DNA of 64,000 nucleotides, taken from the NCBI GenBank assembly GCA_963787375.1, contig CAWBCR010000011.1, forward strand, positions 42,847 to 106,846. Direction: 5' to 3'. Under the pieces are notes generated by a model. The model had not been told where the DNA came from. It worked only from the letters and a program-made list of their open reading frames with translations, and searched no databases. The position numbers were made by a program, and so were the translations under genes. Each line of letters begins with the position of its first letter. The stretch's first letter is position 1. Below are positions 41,231 through 54,078 of this stretch, piece by piece. Origin of the DNA: an uncultured Chloroflexia bacterium. Lineage in GTDB: Bacteria; Chloroflexota; Anaerolineae; Aggregatilineales; UBA3940.

Positions 41231-44052
41231 TTATTTCAGGTCACCCCAGCTTTGACCGGCGCGGGCATCGACCTTGAGCGGCACATCCATGGGGTAGGCG
41301 TTCTCCATCACATCACGCACCAGCCCGATGACTTCGTCCGTCTCGGAGTCGGGCGCTTCTAGCAGCAGCTCGTCGTGCACCTGGAGGATCATGCGGCTGC
41401 GCAGCTCGCGCTCCGTGAGCGCGTCGTGCAGCCTGACCATCGCGATCTTGATGATGTCGGCGGCAGTGCCCTGGATCGGCATGTTGACCGCTTCACGCTC
41501 GGCGGCGCGCCGAGCGATCATCGCCTGCTGGCTGGTATCGCCCGATTGGAAGATGGAGAAGTAGCGGCGGCGGCCCAGCAGCGTCTCGACATAGCCCCGT
41601 TCGATGGCCTGCTGTTTGGTCGTTTCGAGATAGTCGCGCACCTTCGGGAAGCGCTCGAAGTATGTCTTGATGAAATCCTCCGCTTCGGGCAGCGTCAACT
41701 CTGAATCGCGCGCCAGCCGGAAGGCCCCCATGCCGTACAGCAGCCCGAAGTTCACCGCTTTGGCAAAGCTGCGCATGGCGGGCGTCACCTCAGCCAGCGG
41801 GATGTTGAATACGGTCGCGGCGGTGGTGGCGTGGATGTCCTGCCCCTCGCGGAAGGCCTGGCGCAGCGCCTCATCACCGGAGATGTGGGCCATGACGCGC
41901 AGCTCTACCTGCGAGTAGTCGGCGCCGACCAGTTTGTGGCCCGGCGCGGAGATGAAGGCATCGCGCACGCGGCGGCCAAAGTCCCTGCGGATGGGGATGT
42001 TTTGCAGATTGGGGTCGCTGGAGCTAATGCGCCCGGTGATGGCCCCGGTCTGGTTAAAGGAGGAATGGATCCGCCCGGTGCGCGGGTTAACCATCTGCGG
42101 CAGCGCGTCGACGTAGGTCGAGCGCAGCTTCTCCAACTCGCGGTAGTCGAGGATGGCCTGCACCACGCCCGACGTGTCCTGCTCCAGCAGTCGAGTCGAG
42201 CACGTCGGCGGCGGTCGAGTAGTAGCCGCTCTTGGTCTTGCGCAGCCCCTGCGTGGGCAACTGGAGCTTTTCGAACAGCACTTCACTAAGCTGCTGCGTC
42301 GAGTTGAGATTGAACTCATTGCCAACGGTGTTGGTGATGCTGCGAACGATCTCGTCCAGCGATCCGGCGATCTCCGCGGACATCTTCTCCAGCAGCTTCA
42401 CGTCGACCAGCACGCCAGCCATCTCCATGTCGGCCAGCACAGGCACCAGCGGCATCTCGACCTCGTAGAACAGCTTCTCAAGCTGCTGGTCGGCGAGGTC
42501 TTTGCGGATCGGCGCGACAAGCTGAAGCGTCATGTCGGCGTCGGCGGCAGCATAGGGCGCGGCCTTGTCGACGGGCACCAGGTCCATCGTGATCTGCTTT
42601 TTGCCAGTGCCCAGCAGGTCGGCAATCTCAGTCATCTGGACGCCCAGCCGGAAGAAGGCAACCGCCTTCAGGCCCAGCTTGCGCTGCGCCGAATCGGGAC
42701 GCACCAGCCACTCGCCGATCATCGTGTCGAAGCTCAACGGCTGCACATCAAGTCCATGGCGGGTGAGCATCACAGCGTCATATTTGATGTTGTGCCCGTA
42801 CTTGGGAATATCGGGGTTGGTCAGCGCAGGACGCAGCCGCTCGACGACGGTCTCAATCGGAAGCTGCGGCGACGCGTCGCCCCCTTGGTGCCCGACCGGG
42901 ATGTAATAGCCCTCGCCCGGCTCGACGGCCAGCGAGATACCGACGAGCTCCGCCTGCATCTGATCGGTGCTGGTGGTCTCGGTGTCAAAGGCGATGCCCT
43001 GTGCCTGCTCCAGCCGCCTCGCCAGCGCGTCGAGCGCCTGTGCGTCGCGCACGATGACCGTCGCGGTCACCGGCTCCGGCAGCGGTGCGCCGGTCAGCGC
43101 CGAGGTGGCCGGGGCCTCGCCAAACAGCGAAAGCTGCTGGCCGTCGGACGGCGGCGCATCCGGCTCGCCATCACCGGCGGAAAGCTCCCGGAGGAATGTG
43201 CGAAACTCAAGCTCGCGAAATATCTCCACCACTTCGTCGCGGTTGAAGTCATGGGTGCGGCACGCCTCCAGATCGAACGCAAGCGGCACGTCGGTGACGA
43301 TCTGCGCCAGCTTATAGCTCAAATAGGCCGCGTCGCGATTCGCTTCAAGCGCCATGCGCGTGCGTTTGCTGGTAATCTCTGCAAGGTGGGCATAGATGTT
43401 GTCGAGCGTGCCATATTTCTGGATCAGATCGGTGGCCGACTTCTCACCCACCCCGGCCACGCCAGGGATATTGTCGGACTTGTCGCCGACGAGCGCCTTG
43501 AAGTCGACGATGCGCAGCGGGTCGAAGCCGAAGCGGTCGCGCACGGCCTGGATGTCGTACAGTTCGACCTCGCCGCTGCGGCGACCCGGAAGCTGCACGA
43601 GCGTGTGCTCGCTGACCAACTGGAGCAAGTCTTTGTCGCCAGTAACGATCAGCGTCTCGACGCCCTGCTGCTCGGCCAGCCGCGAGATGGTGCCGCAGCA
43701 CGTCGTCCGCCTCGAAGCCGTCGACCTCCAGCACCGGGACGTTGAAGGCGCGCAGTACGTCATGCATCCTGCCGATCTGCACGTGCAGGCTGTCGGGCAT
43801 TTTCTCGCGGGTGCCCTTGTACGCCTCGAACAGGTCGTCGCGGAAGGTCGCGCCCACGTCGAAGCTGACTGCCAGGTAATCGGGCGGGTCCTCGCCCGTG
43901 ATCAGGTTGATCAGCGTGCGGGTGAAGCCGTAGGTTGCGTTGGTTGGCTCGCCGCTGCGGGTTGTCATGTCGACCTGGAGAGCAAAGAACATGCGATAGG
44001 CAAGCCCGTGCCCGTCGATGATGACCAGTCGCTTGCCGGCCGATTCTGGCAT
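41231..44052 (-). CDS. polA: DNA polymerase I; apparent frameshifts near 43695 and 42190
   Basis: IDGHGLAYR, GFEADDV, TGDKDLLQL, FDTETT, TGRISSSDPNLQNIP, ADYSQVELR, QVHDEL. Confidence 0.96.
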
Positions 44053-44211
44053 TCGTCCCCACCTTACGCTGCGGCCAAACAGAACACTCGTGCGATGCCC
44101 CGATCATACCACAGCCCGGCGCAGAATGCTGAATGCGGGTGTGCAAAAAAGCCCGCTGTTCGCACGAACTGCGGGCCATGGATCGTCACAGTGAGAGACG
44201 TACAGACCACA

Positions 44212-44510
44212 TTACGTCACGACGACCGAGTTTTCGCCCCCGTAGGGATGGGCTGCAAACCTGTCGGCCTGCTCGTCGTTGGCCCACGTGTTGCCGTTGA
44301 CAAAGAAGCGGTACTGGTATTCCTGGCCCGTTTCCAGATCGACGACGGCCTGCCACGCGCCATCTGCGCCCTGAGTCATGGGCGTCGCATCTCTGTCCCA
44401 ACTGTTGAAATCACCCACGACCGACGCGGATTTCGCCTGCATCGACGACGGCAGGACAAAGGTCACGCGGCAGATACCGCTATTCTGCCGGGATAGTCCT
44501 TGTGAATCAT
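44212..44510 (-). CDS. CBM48/isoamylase early-set domain protein; apparent frameshift near 44490
   Basis: VTF.LP, VVGDFNSW, YQYRFFVNG.W.ND; AAGGAG RBS. Confidence 0.85.
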
Positions 44511-44580
44511 GAGCACTCCTTTCCTAACTACGCCGTCCTGAGCCGCAAGCACGGGGCCTCCCGCCCGGACGTATGGCACA

Positions 44581-45321
<741 letters not shown>

Positions 45322-45329
<8 letters not shown>

Positions 45330-46200
45330 CTTGGCGCAACCGCCTTTCCAGCACCCGCACCAGCAGCGACAGGGCCACCGTCATGGTCAGATACAGCACC
45401 GAGAGGGTGATATAAGCCTCGCGAAAGCGGAAGGTGCGGCCTGCGTACAACCGCGCGACCTGGGTGATATCGCGCACGGCCAGCACCGAGACCAGCGACG
45501 AGTCTTTGACCATCGCCACGAAGTCGTTGCCCAGCGCGGGCAGCACGTTCTTGACGGCTTGCGGCAAAATAATGAAGCGCATGGCCTGGCCGTAGCTCAT
45601 CCCTAGCGAGCGGGCGGCTTCCATCTGCCCGCGCCCGATGGACTGGATGCCGGCGCGGAAAATCTCGGCCAGAAACGCGCCGTAGGTCACCGCCAGCGCG
45701 ACAATCGCGCGAATATTCATGTCGACCTGGTCGTTCTTGATGGCCGTCAGCAAGCCGCCGATCGAGGTAACGCCCATACCGTTGAGCAGGCGACCCAGGT
45801 TGTTCATCAAGTCTACGGCCATCGGGACGCCCACCAGCGCGATGAAGAAGATCAGCACCAGCATGGGAATGCCACGCACCAGCTCAATATACAACGTGGC
45901 CAGGTTGTTGAAGAAGACATTGCGCGAAATGCGGCCCAGCCCGGCCAGCAGCCCCAGAACGACGGCAACCGCGTAAGCCGCCAACGATGTCGTGATGGTG
46001 ACGAGCAGGCCCATCCTGATGAACAGGAACGCCTGGCGGTAATCTGTGTTGAAAAAGATGACCAGGCTAGCGCCAATAGCGATAAAGATCAGCGCGACGA
46101 ACCACCATGGGAAGCGGCGCAGCTTATCACTCATGGACAGCTCGTCGACAATTACATCGGGCGTTTCTTGCATGATCGACAGAGATGGGTTATCGGCCAC
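45322..46200 (-). CDS. Amino-acid ABC transporter permease
   Basis: [34 protein letters not shown]. Confidence 0.93.
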
Positions 46201-46300
46201 ATGCCTCTCCAATCACTTGCGGCGGGGGGTCAGAAAGGTCGGTGCGCAGAACGGGCTTGTCCTGCACACCGACCCTTGGAGATCATGGTAGAGACGACGC

Positions 46301-47248
46301 TTACGGGGTTGCCGTAGGCTCTTCGGTGGCATACACACCGGGGCCAACCTGGTCGTAGGTCAGGTTGAAGCTGGGGCCGAAGTACTTGACGTTCAGGGTG
46401 TTAAGCGTGCCATCAGCCTTCATCGCTTCCAGTGCCTGGTTCACCGAGGCAACCAGCGCGCTGCCCTTGGGGAAGATGAAGCCAAGCTGGTCGCTGGAAA
46501 TCGAGGGGCCGATCAGGTCAAGCTGGTCGGAGTTCTCGCCCTTGTAGCCCTGGCCGGCTGTCTCGTCGATGATCACCGCGTCCACGTCGCCGGCGATCAG
46601 AGCCTGCACGGCAAACGGGAACTGCTCAAAGGCCTTGATACGCGACTCGTCCAAGAACTTGGTAGCAGTCTCGTAGTTGGTGGTGCCGGTCTGCGTGCCG
46701 AGGATCAGGGCATCGTTCGCAGCGAAGTCCTCGATGCTGGTGAAGCGATCCTCGCCCTTGCGGACCAGCAGACGCTGATCGATATTGATGTAGCCTTCCG
46801 AGAAGTCGACGACCTCGGCGCGATCGGGTGTGATGGTGATACCATCCGCAGCCGCGTCAAACTGCCCATCAGACACTGCCTGGATCATGCCTTCCCAGCC
46901 AGCTTCCTTGAAGACGGGCTCGCAGTGCAGCCGCTTGCAGATCTCGGCCCACGCATCGTAGTCCCAGCCGCCGGCCTTGCCCGTGTCCAACTCTACATAG
47001 TTGAAGGGCAGATAGGCGTTTTCGACGGCGATGGTGACCTGCTGGCAGTTCAGGTCGGTGAGAGCCTGGTCGGCGGTGCCCAGGCAGCCGTACGATGGCA
47101 TGTAGCTCTGCCCACCGCTGGTAGGCTGGCTACCGGTGTCACCACCGCCGCTTGAGGGTGCCTGTGTCGTAGCAGCCGCGCCACCACAAGCAGCCAGGGT
47201 AAGGCTCAGGGCGACCAGCAGCACCACAACTGAGTACTTCCGCATCAT
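46301..47248 (-). CDS. Amino-acid ABC substrate-binding lipoprotein
   Basis: Lipobox LAAC; YLPFNY, GITITPDRAEVVDFS. Confidence 0.92.
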   Translation of the reverse strand: MMRKYSVVVLLVALSLTLAACGGAAATTQAPSSGGGDTGSQPTSGGQSYMPSYGCLGTADQALTDLNCQQVTIAVENAYLPFNYVELDTGKAGGWDYDAWAEICKRLHCEPVFKEAGWEGMIQAVSDGQFDAAADGITITPDRAEVVDFSEGYINIDQRLLVRKGEDRFTSIEDFAANDALILGTQTGTTNYETATKFLDESRIKAFEQFPFAVQALIAGDVDAVIIDETAGQGYKGENSDQLDLIGPSISSDQLGFIFPKGSALVASVNQALEAMKADGTLNTLNVKYFGPSFNLTYDQVGPGVYATEEPTATP

Positions 47249-47556
47249 TTCCTTCCTCTCCTTTAGAACTCGTTTTGGTGATAGACAACACCAGTTGTCC
47301 TGACGGAGGTACAACGTCACCGCGCTCGCGGGGCGTACCGCAGCGGTTGGTCACTCGTGACGTTTTCCACAGGCAACTGAATGTTGGTCAACAGTATATG
47401 TGAAGCCTCCCTGCTTGTCAATCTGTTCAAAAGCGGGTAACTTTGCAACTATACGGGGGTTTCCTTTCACGAAGCGCAATGGGGATAGGGAGGCCCTCAC
47501 CTGCGATTCTGGCGATGGGCCGGGCCACTGTCGGGCCTTAGCATCAGGGGGATGCG

Positions 47557-48759
47557 ATGGACACAGCTAAGCAAGAACGGGTGGATATTTTCGACAAGAT
47601 AAAGGGCTTCACACGTGCCAGGGAAGCTCAAGCGGCGGGCGTTTACCCCTTCTTTATCCCATTTGACGATTCAGAGGGCACCATCGTCCGCTACCAGGGG
47701 CGCGAGATCATCATGATCGGCTCGAATAACTACCTCGGGCTGACCACCCACCCCAAAGTGCGCGAGGCGGCAGAGGCAGCCGTCCGGCGCTACGGCACCA
47801 GCTGCACCGGCTCGCGCTTCATGAACGGCACCCTTGCTATACATGAGGAGCTTGAACATCGCCTGGCGAAGTTCGTCGGCAAGGAACGAGCGCTGGTGTT
47901 CAGCACCGGCTACCAGACCAACCTGGGCACGATCTCGGCCATCGTCGGGCGCGGCGACTTCATCATCACCGACAAGGAAGACCATGCGAGCATCGTCGAC
48001 GGCTGTATGCTGTCTCTCGGCGAGCTCAAACGCTTCAAGCACAGCGACATGGACGACCTCGACCGCGTGCTGAGCAAGCTGCCGACTGAGGCCGGCAAGA
48101 TCGTCATCGTCGACGGGGTGTACAGCATGGGCGGCGACATCGCGCCGCTGCCCGAGATTATCAAGCTGTGCAAGAAGTACGGCGCTCGCCTGATGGTCGA
48201 CGACGCGCACAGCATGGGCGTTCTGGCCGGGGGGCGCGGCACGTCGGCCCATTTCGGCGTCACAGACGACGTGGACCTGATCACCGGCACCTTCAGCAAG
48301 TCGTTCGCGTCCATCGGCGGGTTTGTCGCGGGCGACGACGACGTGCTGCACTTTATCCAGCACCACGCCCGCGCGCTGATCTTCAGCGCCAGCCTGCCGG
48401 CATCGAACGTGGCAGCGGTGCTGGCCGCGCTCGACGTGATCGAGACGGACCCCAGCTACGTCCAGCGCGTATGGGACAACGCCGATTACATGAAGAAGGG
48501 CCTGAGCGAACTAGGCTTCAACATCGGCAACAGCCAGACGCCGATCATTCCCATCATCGTCAACGACGACATGCGGGCCCTCCTGTTCTGGAAGGCGCTG
48601 TTCGAAGCGGGCCTGTTTACGAACCCGGTCATTCCGCCTGCGGTCCCGCCGAACATGGCGCTGCTGCGCACCAGCTACATGGCTACCCACACCACCGAAC
48701 AGCTCGACCGCGCGTTGAGCATCCTCGACGAGGTCGGGCACCAACTGAACATCATCTAG
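47557..48759 (+). CDS. Alpha-oxoamine synthase, serine palmitoyltransferase-like
   Basis: AAGVYPFF N-terminus, GSNNYLGLT, GSRFMNGT, DHASIVDG, VDDAH, GTFSKS, IFSAS. Confidence 0.8.
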   Translation: MDTAKQERVDIFDKIKGFTRAREAQAAGVYPFFIPFDDSEGTIVRYQGREIIMIGSNNYLGLTTHPKVREAAEAAVRRYGTSCTGSRFMNGTLAIHEELEHRLAKFVGKERALVFSTGYQTNLGTISAIVGRGDFIITDKEDHASIVDGCMLSLGELKRFKHSDMDDLDRVLSKLPTEAGKIVIVDGVYSMGGDIAPLPEIIKLCKKYGARLMVDDAHSMGVLAGGRGTSAHFGVTDDVDLITGTFSKSFASIGGFVAGDDDVLHFIQHHARALIFSASLPASNVAAVLAALDVIETDPSYVQRVWDNADYMKKGLSELGFNIGNSQTPIIPIIVNDDMRALLFWKALFEAGLFTNPVIPPAVPPNMALLRTSYMATHTTEQLDRALSILDEVGHQLNII

Positions 48760-48770
48760 ACCTGTATGAC

Positions 48771-48805
48771 AAAAGGCGCACACCCCGGCGGGGTGTGCGC
48801 CTTTT
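48771..48805. terminator. Bidirectional terminator
   Basis: AAAAGGCGCACACCCC-GGC-GGGGTGTGCGCCTTTT. Confidence 0.85.
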
Positions 48806-48825
48806 CCTTTGCGCGCAGAGAAGGA

Positions 48826-49728
48826 TCAGAGCCGTCTCAGCCGGCTAACCACCGAGCGCCACAGGCGGGCAAGAAATGGCCGCGACGCCTCGCCCACTTC
48901 GTCGGCAGCCTGCGCCAGGCTGGCAATGCCGCGCCCCTGAAGCTCCTGATTGTGCCGCCACACCCATACGAACAGGTCGGCCTCGGTGCGGTTCGGGAAG
49001 CGTTCGAGCAAGCCCCGCTCCTTGATGATCTGCACGGCGGGCGTATAGATCATGTCATACCAGGCCGGGACGGCATCCTCGTAGGAAAACGGCTCCCCAT
49101 CGATCTGCTCCAGCACCTGCCGGAACAGTGCGATCTGGTATTCCAGCTCGCGATAGTGGCCCGGCGTGGTGAAGACAACGCTCTGCTCAGGCCGCAGACG
49201 GTCGAGGTGGGTGCGATCCAGAAAGTCAGCATACTCGGCCCTGATCAGCACCTCGTCGAGGTCGGCGTCCTCGCTGAGGCCAACCGGTGTCACGAACTCC
49301 CAGACGTGCGCCAGGATGCTGCCCATCCCCGATTGGCGCGCAACCGACACGCGGTGATTGCCGTCCAGCACGAAATACGCGTCACCAACCTGGTAGACCT
49401 CAATCGGCGGCGCGCCCCGCGTGAAGGTCACCGTGTTGACGCGCATCCAGCGGTCGCGCATGTCGTCTTTGCGGGGCAGGTACGTGCTCGTAAAATCACG
49501 ATAGCGCCCCACACTGCCCCGGATGGCCGACAGTGGTATCTCCTGCAGGCCGCGGTAGTTCTTCTGGCTGAGGCGAAGCTGCTCCTTAACCTGGTCAAAC
49601 GACAGCAGGTCCGTCGATTTCCGGCTGAACACAGACAGCACGTCCTCAATACCGGCGCTGTGGCGCGCGCGTTCCCAGTTGCGATGGGCTTCCTGCCGGG
49701 CGAGCATGTTGTCTTCGTCGAACGCCAT
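48826..49728 (-). CDS. ParB-like/DUF4032-type protein
   Basis: IRGSVGRYRDF, PPIEVYQVG..YFV.DGNHRVSVAR, TEADLF.W. Confidence 0.75.
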   Translation of the reverse strand: MAFDEDNMLARQEAHRNWERARHSAGIEDVLSVFSRKSTDLLSFDQVKEQLRLSQKNYRGLQEIPLSAIRGSVGRYRDFTSTYLPRKDDMRDRWMRVNTVTFTRGAPPIEVYQVGDAYFVLDGNHRVSVARQSGMGSILAHVWEFVTPVGLSEDADLDEVLIRAEYADFLDRTHLDRLRPEQSVVFTTPGHYRELEYQIALFRQVLEQIDGEPFSYEDAVPAWYDMIYTPAVQIIKERGLLERFPNRTEADLFVWVWRHNQELQGRGIASLAQAADEVGEASRPFLARLWRSVVSRLRRL

Positions 49729-49859
49729 GAACCTTTACCTCATCAAGCGGAGACGTGCAGGCGTAGTATAACATCTGGATCTAACCGGTGCATGAAGAAA
49801 AGGGGCCCGGAGGCATAAACCGCCGGGCCCAACACATCGATGCGCCAACAGGCAGCGCG

Positions 49860-50993
49860 TTACGCTTTCTTGGCCCTGGATTTCGACTTGGCAGCCGCTT
49901 TAGGCTTATCGGCGGTGGCGCTATCGCCCCGGATGAAGGCTTCCGTCTTGTTGCGGGCAATGTCGTCAGGATACTGCTCAGGCGGCGACTTCATAAAATA
50001 GCTGGCGGGCGCGTACAGCGGGCCGCTCAGGCCGCGGTCGAGGCCCAGCTTGGCGCAGCGCACCGCGTCGATCACGACGCCGGCTGAATTGGGACTGTCC
50101 CACACTTCCAGCTTCAACTCGACGTTCAGCGGCACGTCGCCGAAGGTGCGGCCTTCCAGCCGGATATACGCCCACTTGCGGTCGGTGAGCCACGGGACGT
50201 AGTCGCTGGGGCCAATGTAGACGTTGTCGGGGTCCATCTTCTCGCTGAGCTGCGAGGTGACCGCCCCGGTCTTGCTGATCTTCTTGCTCTCCAGCCGCTC
50301 GCGCTCCAGCATGTTGTAGAAGTCCATGTTGCCGCCGACGTTGAGCTGGCTGGTGCGCTCCAGCCGGACGCCACGATCTTCAAACAGGCGGGCCAGCACG
50401 CGGTGAACGATTGTCGCGCCGACCTGGCTCTTGATGTCGTCGCCGATAACCGGCAGGCCGCGATCGATAAAGCGCTGCTGCCAGTATTCCTCGCGCGCGA
50501 TAAAGACCGGGATGCAGTTGACCAGTGCGCAGCCAGCGTTCAGGATGTGCTCGATGTACCACTTGGTGGCCTGCTCGCTGCCGACCGGCAGGTAATTGAC
50601 TACCACGTCAGTGCCGGTGTCTTTGAGGATCTGCTCGATGTTGGCTGTCTTGCCGGGCGCTTTGGTGATCTTCATGCTCAGGTATTTGCCCAGCCCGTCG
50701 TGGGTCATTCCACGGTGGACAGGCACGTTCATCTTAGGCACATCGGCAAACTTGATGGTGTTGTTCTGCCCGGACCAGATCGCGTCAGACAGGTCTTTGC
50801 CGACCTTCTCGATGTCAATGTCAAACGCAGCGCTGAATTCGATGTCGCTGACGTGATAGCCGCCCAGGTTAACGTGCATCAGGCCGGGGACGCGCTCGTC
50901 GTCTTTGGCGTTACGATAGAATTGAATCCCCTGCACCAGGGACGAGGCACAATTGCCAACGCCGATAATGGCAACACGCACTTTCTTGCTCAA
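49860..50993 (-). CDS. ino1: myo-inositol-3-phosphate synthase
   Basis: [53 protein letters not shown]. Confidence 0.96.
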   Translation of the reverse strand: MSKKVRVAIIGVGNCASSLVQGIQFYRNAKDDERVPGLMHVNLGGYHVSDIEFSAAFDIDIEKVGKDLSDAIWSGQNNTIKFADVPKMNVPVHRGMTHDGLGKYLSMKITKAPGKTANIEQILKDTGTDVVVNYLPVGSEQATKWYIEHILNAGCALVNCIPVFIAREEYWQQRFIDRGLPVIGDDIKSQVGATIVHRVLARLFEDRGVRLERTSQLNVGGNMDFYNMLERERLESKKISKTGAVTSQLSEKMDPDNVYIGPSDYVPWLTDRKWAYIRLEGRTFGDVPLNVELKLEVWDSPNSAGVVIDAVRCAKLGLDRGLSGPLYAPASYFMKSPPEQYPDDIARNKTEAFIRGDSATADKPKAAAKSKSRAKKA

Positions 50994-51087
50994 CGAAACC
51001 TCCTGACGGATTGTGCTGGAAGAACGGGCCGATCCACTGGCCGAACCCGGAAAGGGACCACTCCCCCGATAGTATACGCCGCGATGC

Positions 51088-51339
51088 TCAGCTTATCCAG
51101 TCGCGATGAATGGGATCCCAGTTCCGGTGGGCATACGAGCGATGGCACTCGCGGCAAATCTGCGCAGTGGCGATCTCGTGCCCCGGCGTACGCCAGCGCC
51201 AGCGAACATTCACCAGATGATAGCGGCAGGTTGGCCGATGGCAGATCGGGCACTCCTGGCCGCCCGATAAGCCGGCGCTCCCCCAGTGACGTCCCTCATC
51301 CGGATCCTGTTCGCAGATGTAGCAATGCGTAATGGGCAT
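51088..51339 (-). CDS. Small Cys/His-rich (Zn-finger-like) hypothetical protein
   Basis: CxxC, CxxC-x3-CxxH, CxxC in 83 aa. Confidence 0.7.
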   Translation of the reverse strand: MPITHCYICEQDPDEGRHWGSAGLSGGQECPICHRPTCRYHLVNVRWRWRTPGHEIATAQICRECHRSYAHRNWDPIHRDWIS

Positions 51340-51605
51340 GTTTGTGAACACTCTTACGGCCCGGCTGAAGCGGGCGATGGATCAGGCCGCGCGGCGATTA
51401 TACCAGCCCCGGCAGGTTTACCAAAGAGCCCACCCCGGCTGTCATATCCATTCTGTCGTGTGTCATATTCAGGGGGTGATATCCGTCACTTGTGGACAAT
51501 AACGGCCTGAATTACGCTTAACTTGACTATTCAGATGTCCAGTGCCCGAATTGCGCTTATTGGCTGCCAATCAGACATGTGGCACCTAACTAAAGTGAGG
51601 TAACC

Positions 51606-52037
51606 ATGCTAGAGATAACCCGCCAGGCGGATTATGCCCTGCGTGCCAGCGTTGAGGTCGCACGGCTGCCCGAGGGCGAACGCGCACCGACGGCTGCCAT
51701 CGCCGAGCGCCAGCAGATACCGCTGCCGTTCCTGGCCAAGATTGTATCCCAGCTTGTCGTCCGCGGAGTTCTGGAAGCGACACGCGGCGCCAGCGGCGGC
51801 GTCAGCCTAGCCCGCCCGGCTGACAACGTGACCATGCTGGAGATCATCGAGGCGATTGACGGTCCGATCACCATCAACCGCTGCACACGCGATGCCTCTG
51901 CCTGTGACATGTCGCCGGCCTGCCCATTCTGCGAGATCTTCACCGAGGCGCAGCGGGCACTCGTCGACAAGCTCCATAACACCACGCTGGCCCAGCTCGT
52001 CGCGCGATCTGAAGAGCTGGAAGGCGCTGCGGCCTGA
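51606..52037 (+). CDS. Rrf2-family transcription regulator
   Basis: DYALRA, IAERQQIP..FLAKI, RGASGG..LAR, EAIDG; Cys cluster. Confidence 0.92.
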   Translation: MLEITRQADYALRASVEVARLPEGERAPTAAIAERQQIPLPFLAKIVSQLVVRGVLEATRGASGGVSLARPADNVTMLEIIEAIDGPITINRCTRDASACDMSPACPFCEIFTEAQRALVDKLHNTTLAQLVARSEELEGAAA

Positions 52038-52052
52038 TCCGCGCGCCAGCAC

Positions 52053-52994
52053 CTACTTCTCAACCCGTTCCAGGGGCTGCTCGCTCTTGACACTGAAGTG
52101 GTCAAAGTCGCGGGCGACCACAGCCCCTGGGAAGTACTCTTCTGCTTCTGCCTGAATATCCCGCTCCCGGTAGCGCCGTGACACGTGCGTGATGATTAAA
52201 TTCCTGACGCCGCATGACACGGCCAGCTCCGCTGCCTGCCGCACGGTGAGGTGTCCGAACCGCTGCGCCAGGTCTGTTTCGTAGTTCAGGTAAGTCCCCT
52301 CGACGACCAGCGCATCCGCGCCCCGAACATAGGCCGCCAACGCCTCTGCGCGGCCCACATCGCCAGTAATGCACAGCTTCTCACCCGGCTGCGATGGCCC
52401 CAGCACCTCGTCCGGCGCGACCACGCGCCCATCCGGCAGCGTGACGGGCCTGCCATCGACCAGATCGCGGCGCTCCGGCCCACGCGGCACGCCCAGCGCC
52501 TCGGCACGGTCGGCCAGAAAAGGGCGGCGCGGCTTGCGCTCGAACGTATAGCCAAAGCAGTCCGGCCCGCGATGCTCCACCGGGAAGGCAGTTACCGCGA
52601 ACTCGTCGTCCTCTATCAGCAAGCCGGGCTTCACCTCGTACAGATCGATGCCAACCGGCGTTCGCGCGCCGCGCAGCACGACGCCGAAGATCAGGTCGTG
52701 GACGCGGTCCAGCGTGGACTTACCACCCCATATCTCGATGCGCTCGGCGGCCTCCCAGCGGGCGAAGGTCGAGATCAGACCGGCCAGCCCCAGAATATGA
52801 TCGAGATGGCTGTGAGTCAGCAGAATTTTGTCAAGCCGGCGAAAGCCCAGCCGGCTGCGCAGAATCTGGCGCTGGGTGCCTTCGCCGCAGTCGACGAGAA
52901 AGCGATACTCTTTGTGCATCACGATCTGGGCGCTCAGCCCGCGCTGAATCGATGGCGCGCTGGCCGACGTGCCCAGGAAGACAATCTCAAACAC
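52053..52994 (-). CDS. rnz: Ribonuclease Z
   Basis: FLGTSAS.P, DCGEGTQ, THSHLDHILGL, GP exosite, HLT, THVS.RY. Confidence 0.92.
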   Translation of the reverse strand: MFEIVFLGTSASAPSIQRGLSAQIVMHKEYRFLVDCGEGTQRQILRSRLGFRRLDKILLTHSHLDHILGLAGLISTFARWEAAERIEIWGGKSTLDRVHDLIFGVVLRGARTPVGIDLYEVKPGLLIEDDEFAVTAFPVEHRGPDCFGYTFERKPRRPFLADRAEALGVPRGPERRDLVDGRPVTLPDGRVVAPDEVLGPSQPGEKLCITGDVGRAEALAAYVRGADALVVEGTYLNYETDLAQRFGHLTVRQAAELAVSCGVRNLIITHVSRRYRERDIQAEAEEYFPGAVVARDFDHFSVKSEQPLERVEK

Positions 52995-53060
52995 GCAGTA
53001 TCCTTCGATAAGTCACCGGCGAAGGCCGGGCAGGGAACATCTCGTGCGTCGCGGCGATGG

Positions 53061-53795
53061 CTATGGGCGCACACGCTCCGACTGGAACCAGCGGATATCC
53101 AGCCAAGCGATGAGCTGCCGCGCCACCGGGTGCGTCAGCCGAACAGAGGCCTCAAAGCGCTGCGGCGAAAACGAGTACATGCGCACGTAATGCGGACGCA
53201 GCACGAAGATACAGTAATCGTCTTCCCAGCGGCGGCTGCTCCATAGAAAGGCCACACCGGCATCGCGCTGCATGAGGTCCAGCCAGCGACGCTTGTCGTA
53301 GCTGCTCAGGTTGCCGATGTGGAAGCGCAGGGCCAGCATGTGGTTCAGCGTGAAGGTCGCCTCGGTGGCGTCCTGGTCACCGTACAGGTCAAACGACAGC
53401 ATCGCGCTGGAGTCCTGGCTGGTGAGCATGGCCGTGGCCCGGCTGGCGGCGCGCGTGTCCTGCGGTGAGCGCGCAATCGAGGTCAGCAGCGGCGCCTTAG
53501 CAAAGCGGCGAGCCAGCTCGGTGTCGAGGTCGATTTCACCGCGCAGGAACTGCTTGATGGTCAGGGGGGCCTGGTCGATCTTGATGCTGCGGCGCAGCGA
53601 CCCGGTGCCGCTCAGGTCACGCAGCAGGCGCTGGCGATCCTGCGCCGAGATATGCGCATGGGAAGCCAACGCCGCCGGGTTCAGACGTCCGGTTCCGGGC
53701 GGAAGACCCTCACGCTGGAATCCTTCGTCATCTTTCCGGGGCGCCGGCGCGCCAATGGTTGGCGTATCGCCGGGATCAAAGTCGAAGTTGCTCAT
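53061..53795 (-). CDS. Hypothetical protein
   Basis: 244-aa ATG ORF filling the gap, plausible codon usage; FLWSSRRWEDDY. Confidence 0.65.
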   Translation of the reverse strand: MSNFDFDPGDTPTIGAPAPRKDDEGFQREGLPPGTGRLNPAALASHAHISAQDRQRLLRDLSGTGSLRRSIKIDQAPLTIKQFLRGEIDLDTELARRFAKAPLLTSIARSPQDTRAASRATAMLTSQDSSAMLSFDLYGDQDATEATFTLNHMLALRFHIGNLSSYDKRRWLDLMQRDAGVAFLWSSRRWEDDYCIFVLRPHYVRMYSFSPQRFEASVRLTHPVARQLIAWLDIRWFQSERVRP

Positions 53796-54078
53796 GCTCG
53801 CTGCCCTTCAACAGGCGCCAGACTGTGATGGCTACCAGTCCTGTCTGGATGTTGTTTCACTATAGCACGCCGCTGGCATCGAGGGCAAATATCGAGCGCA
53901 TCCGCCGCTGTTGCGTCCTGCCTGGCTTTGCTGTAACCTTGACACAGTTAATCCCTTGATCGACATCCTGTGACGCAAGGTGTCACACCTGCGCAGTATA
54001 CTGAATTCAACACCGGATTACTGGGACGATATGCGCCTGCTGCCAGACGGCAGGCGGCATCAGACAAAGGAGTTTGAC

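Noticed and set aside
41231..44052. polA, lexA and glyQS as pseudogenes or programmed frameshifts
   Set aside because: No slippery sites, intact motifs, and indels scattered window-wide favour sequencing error.
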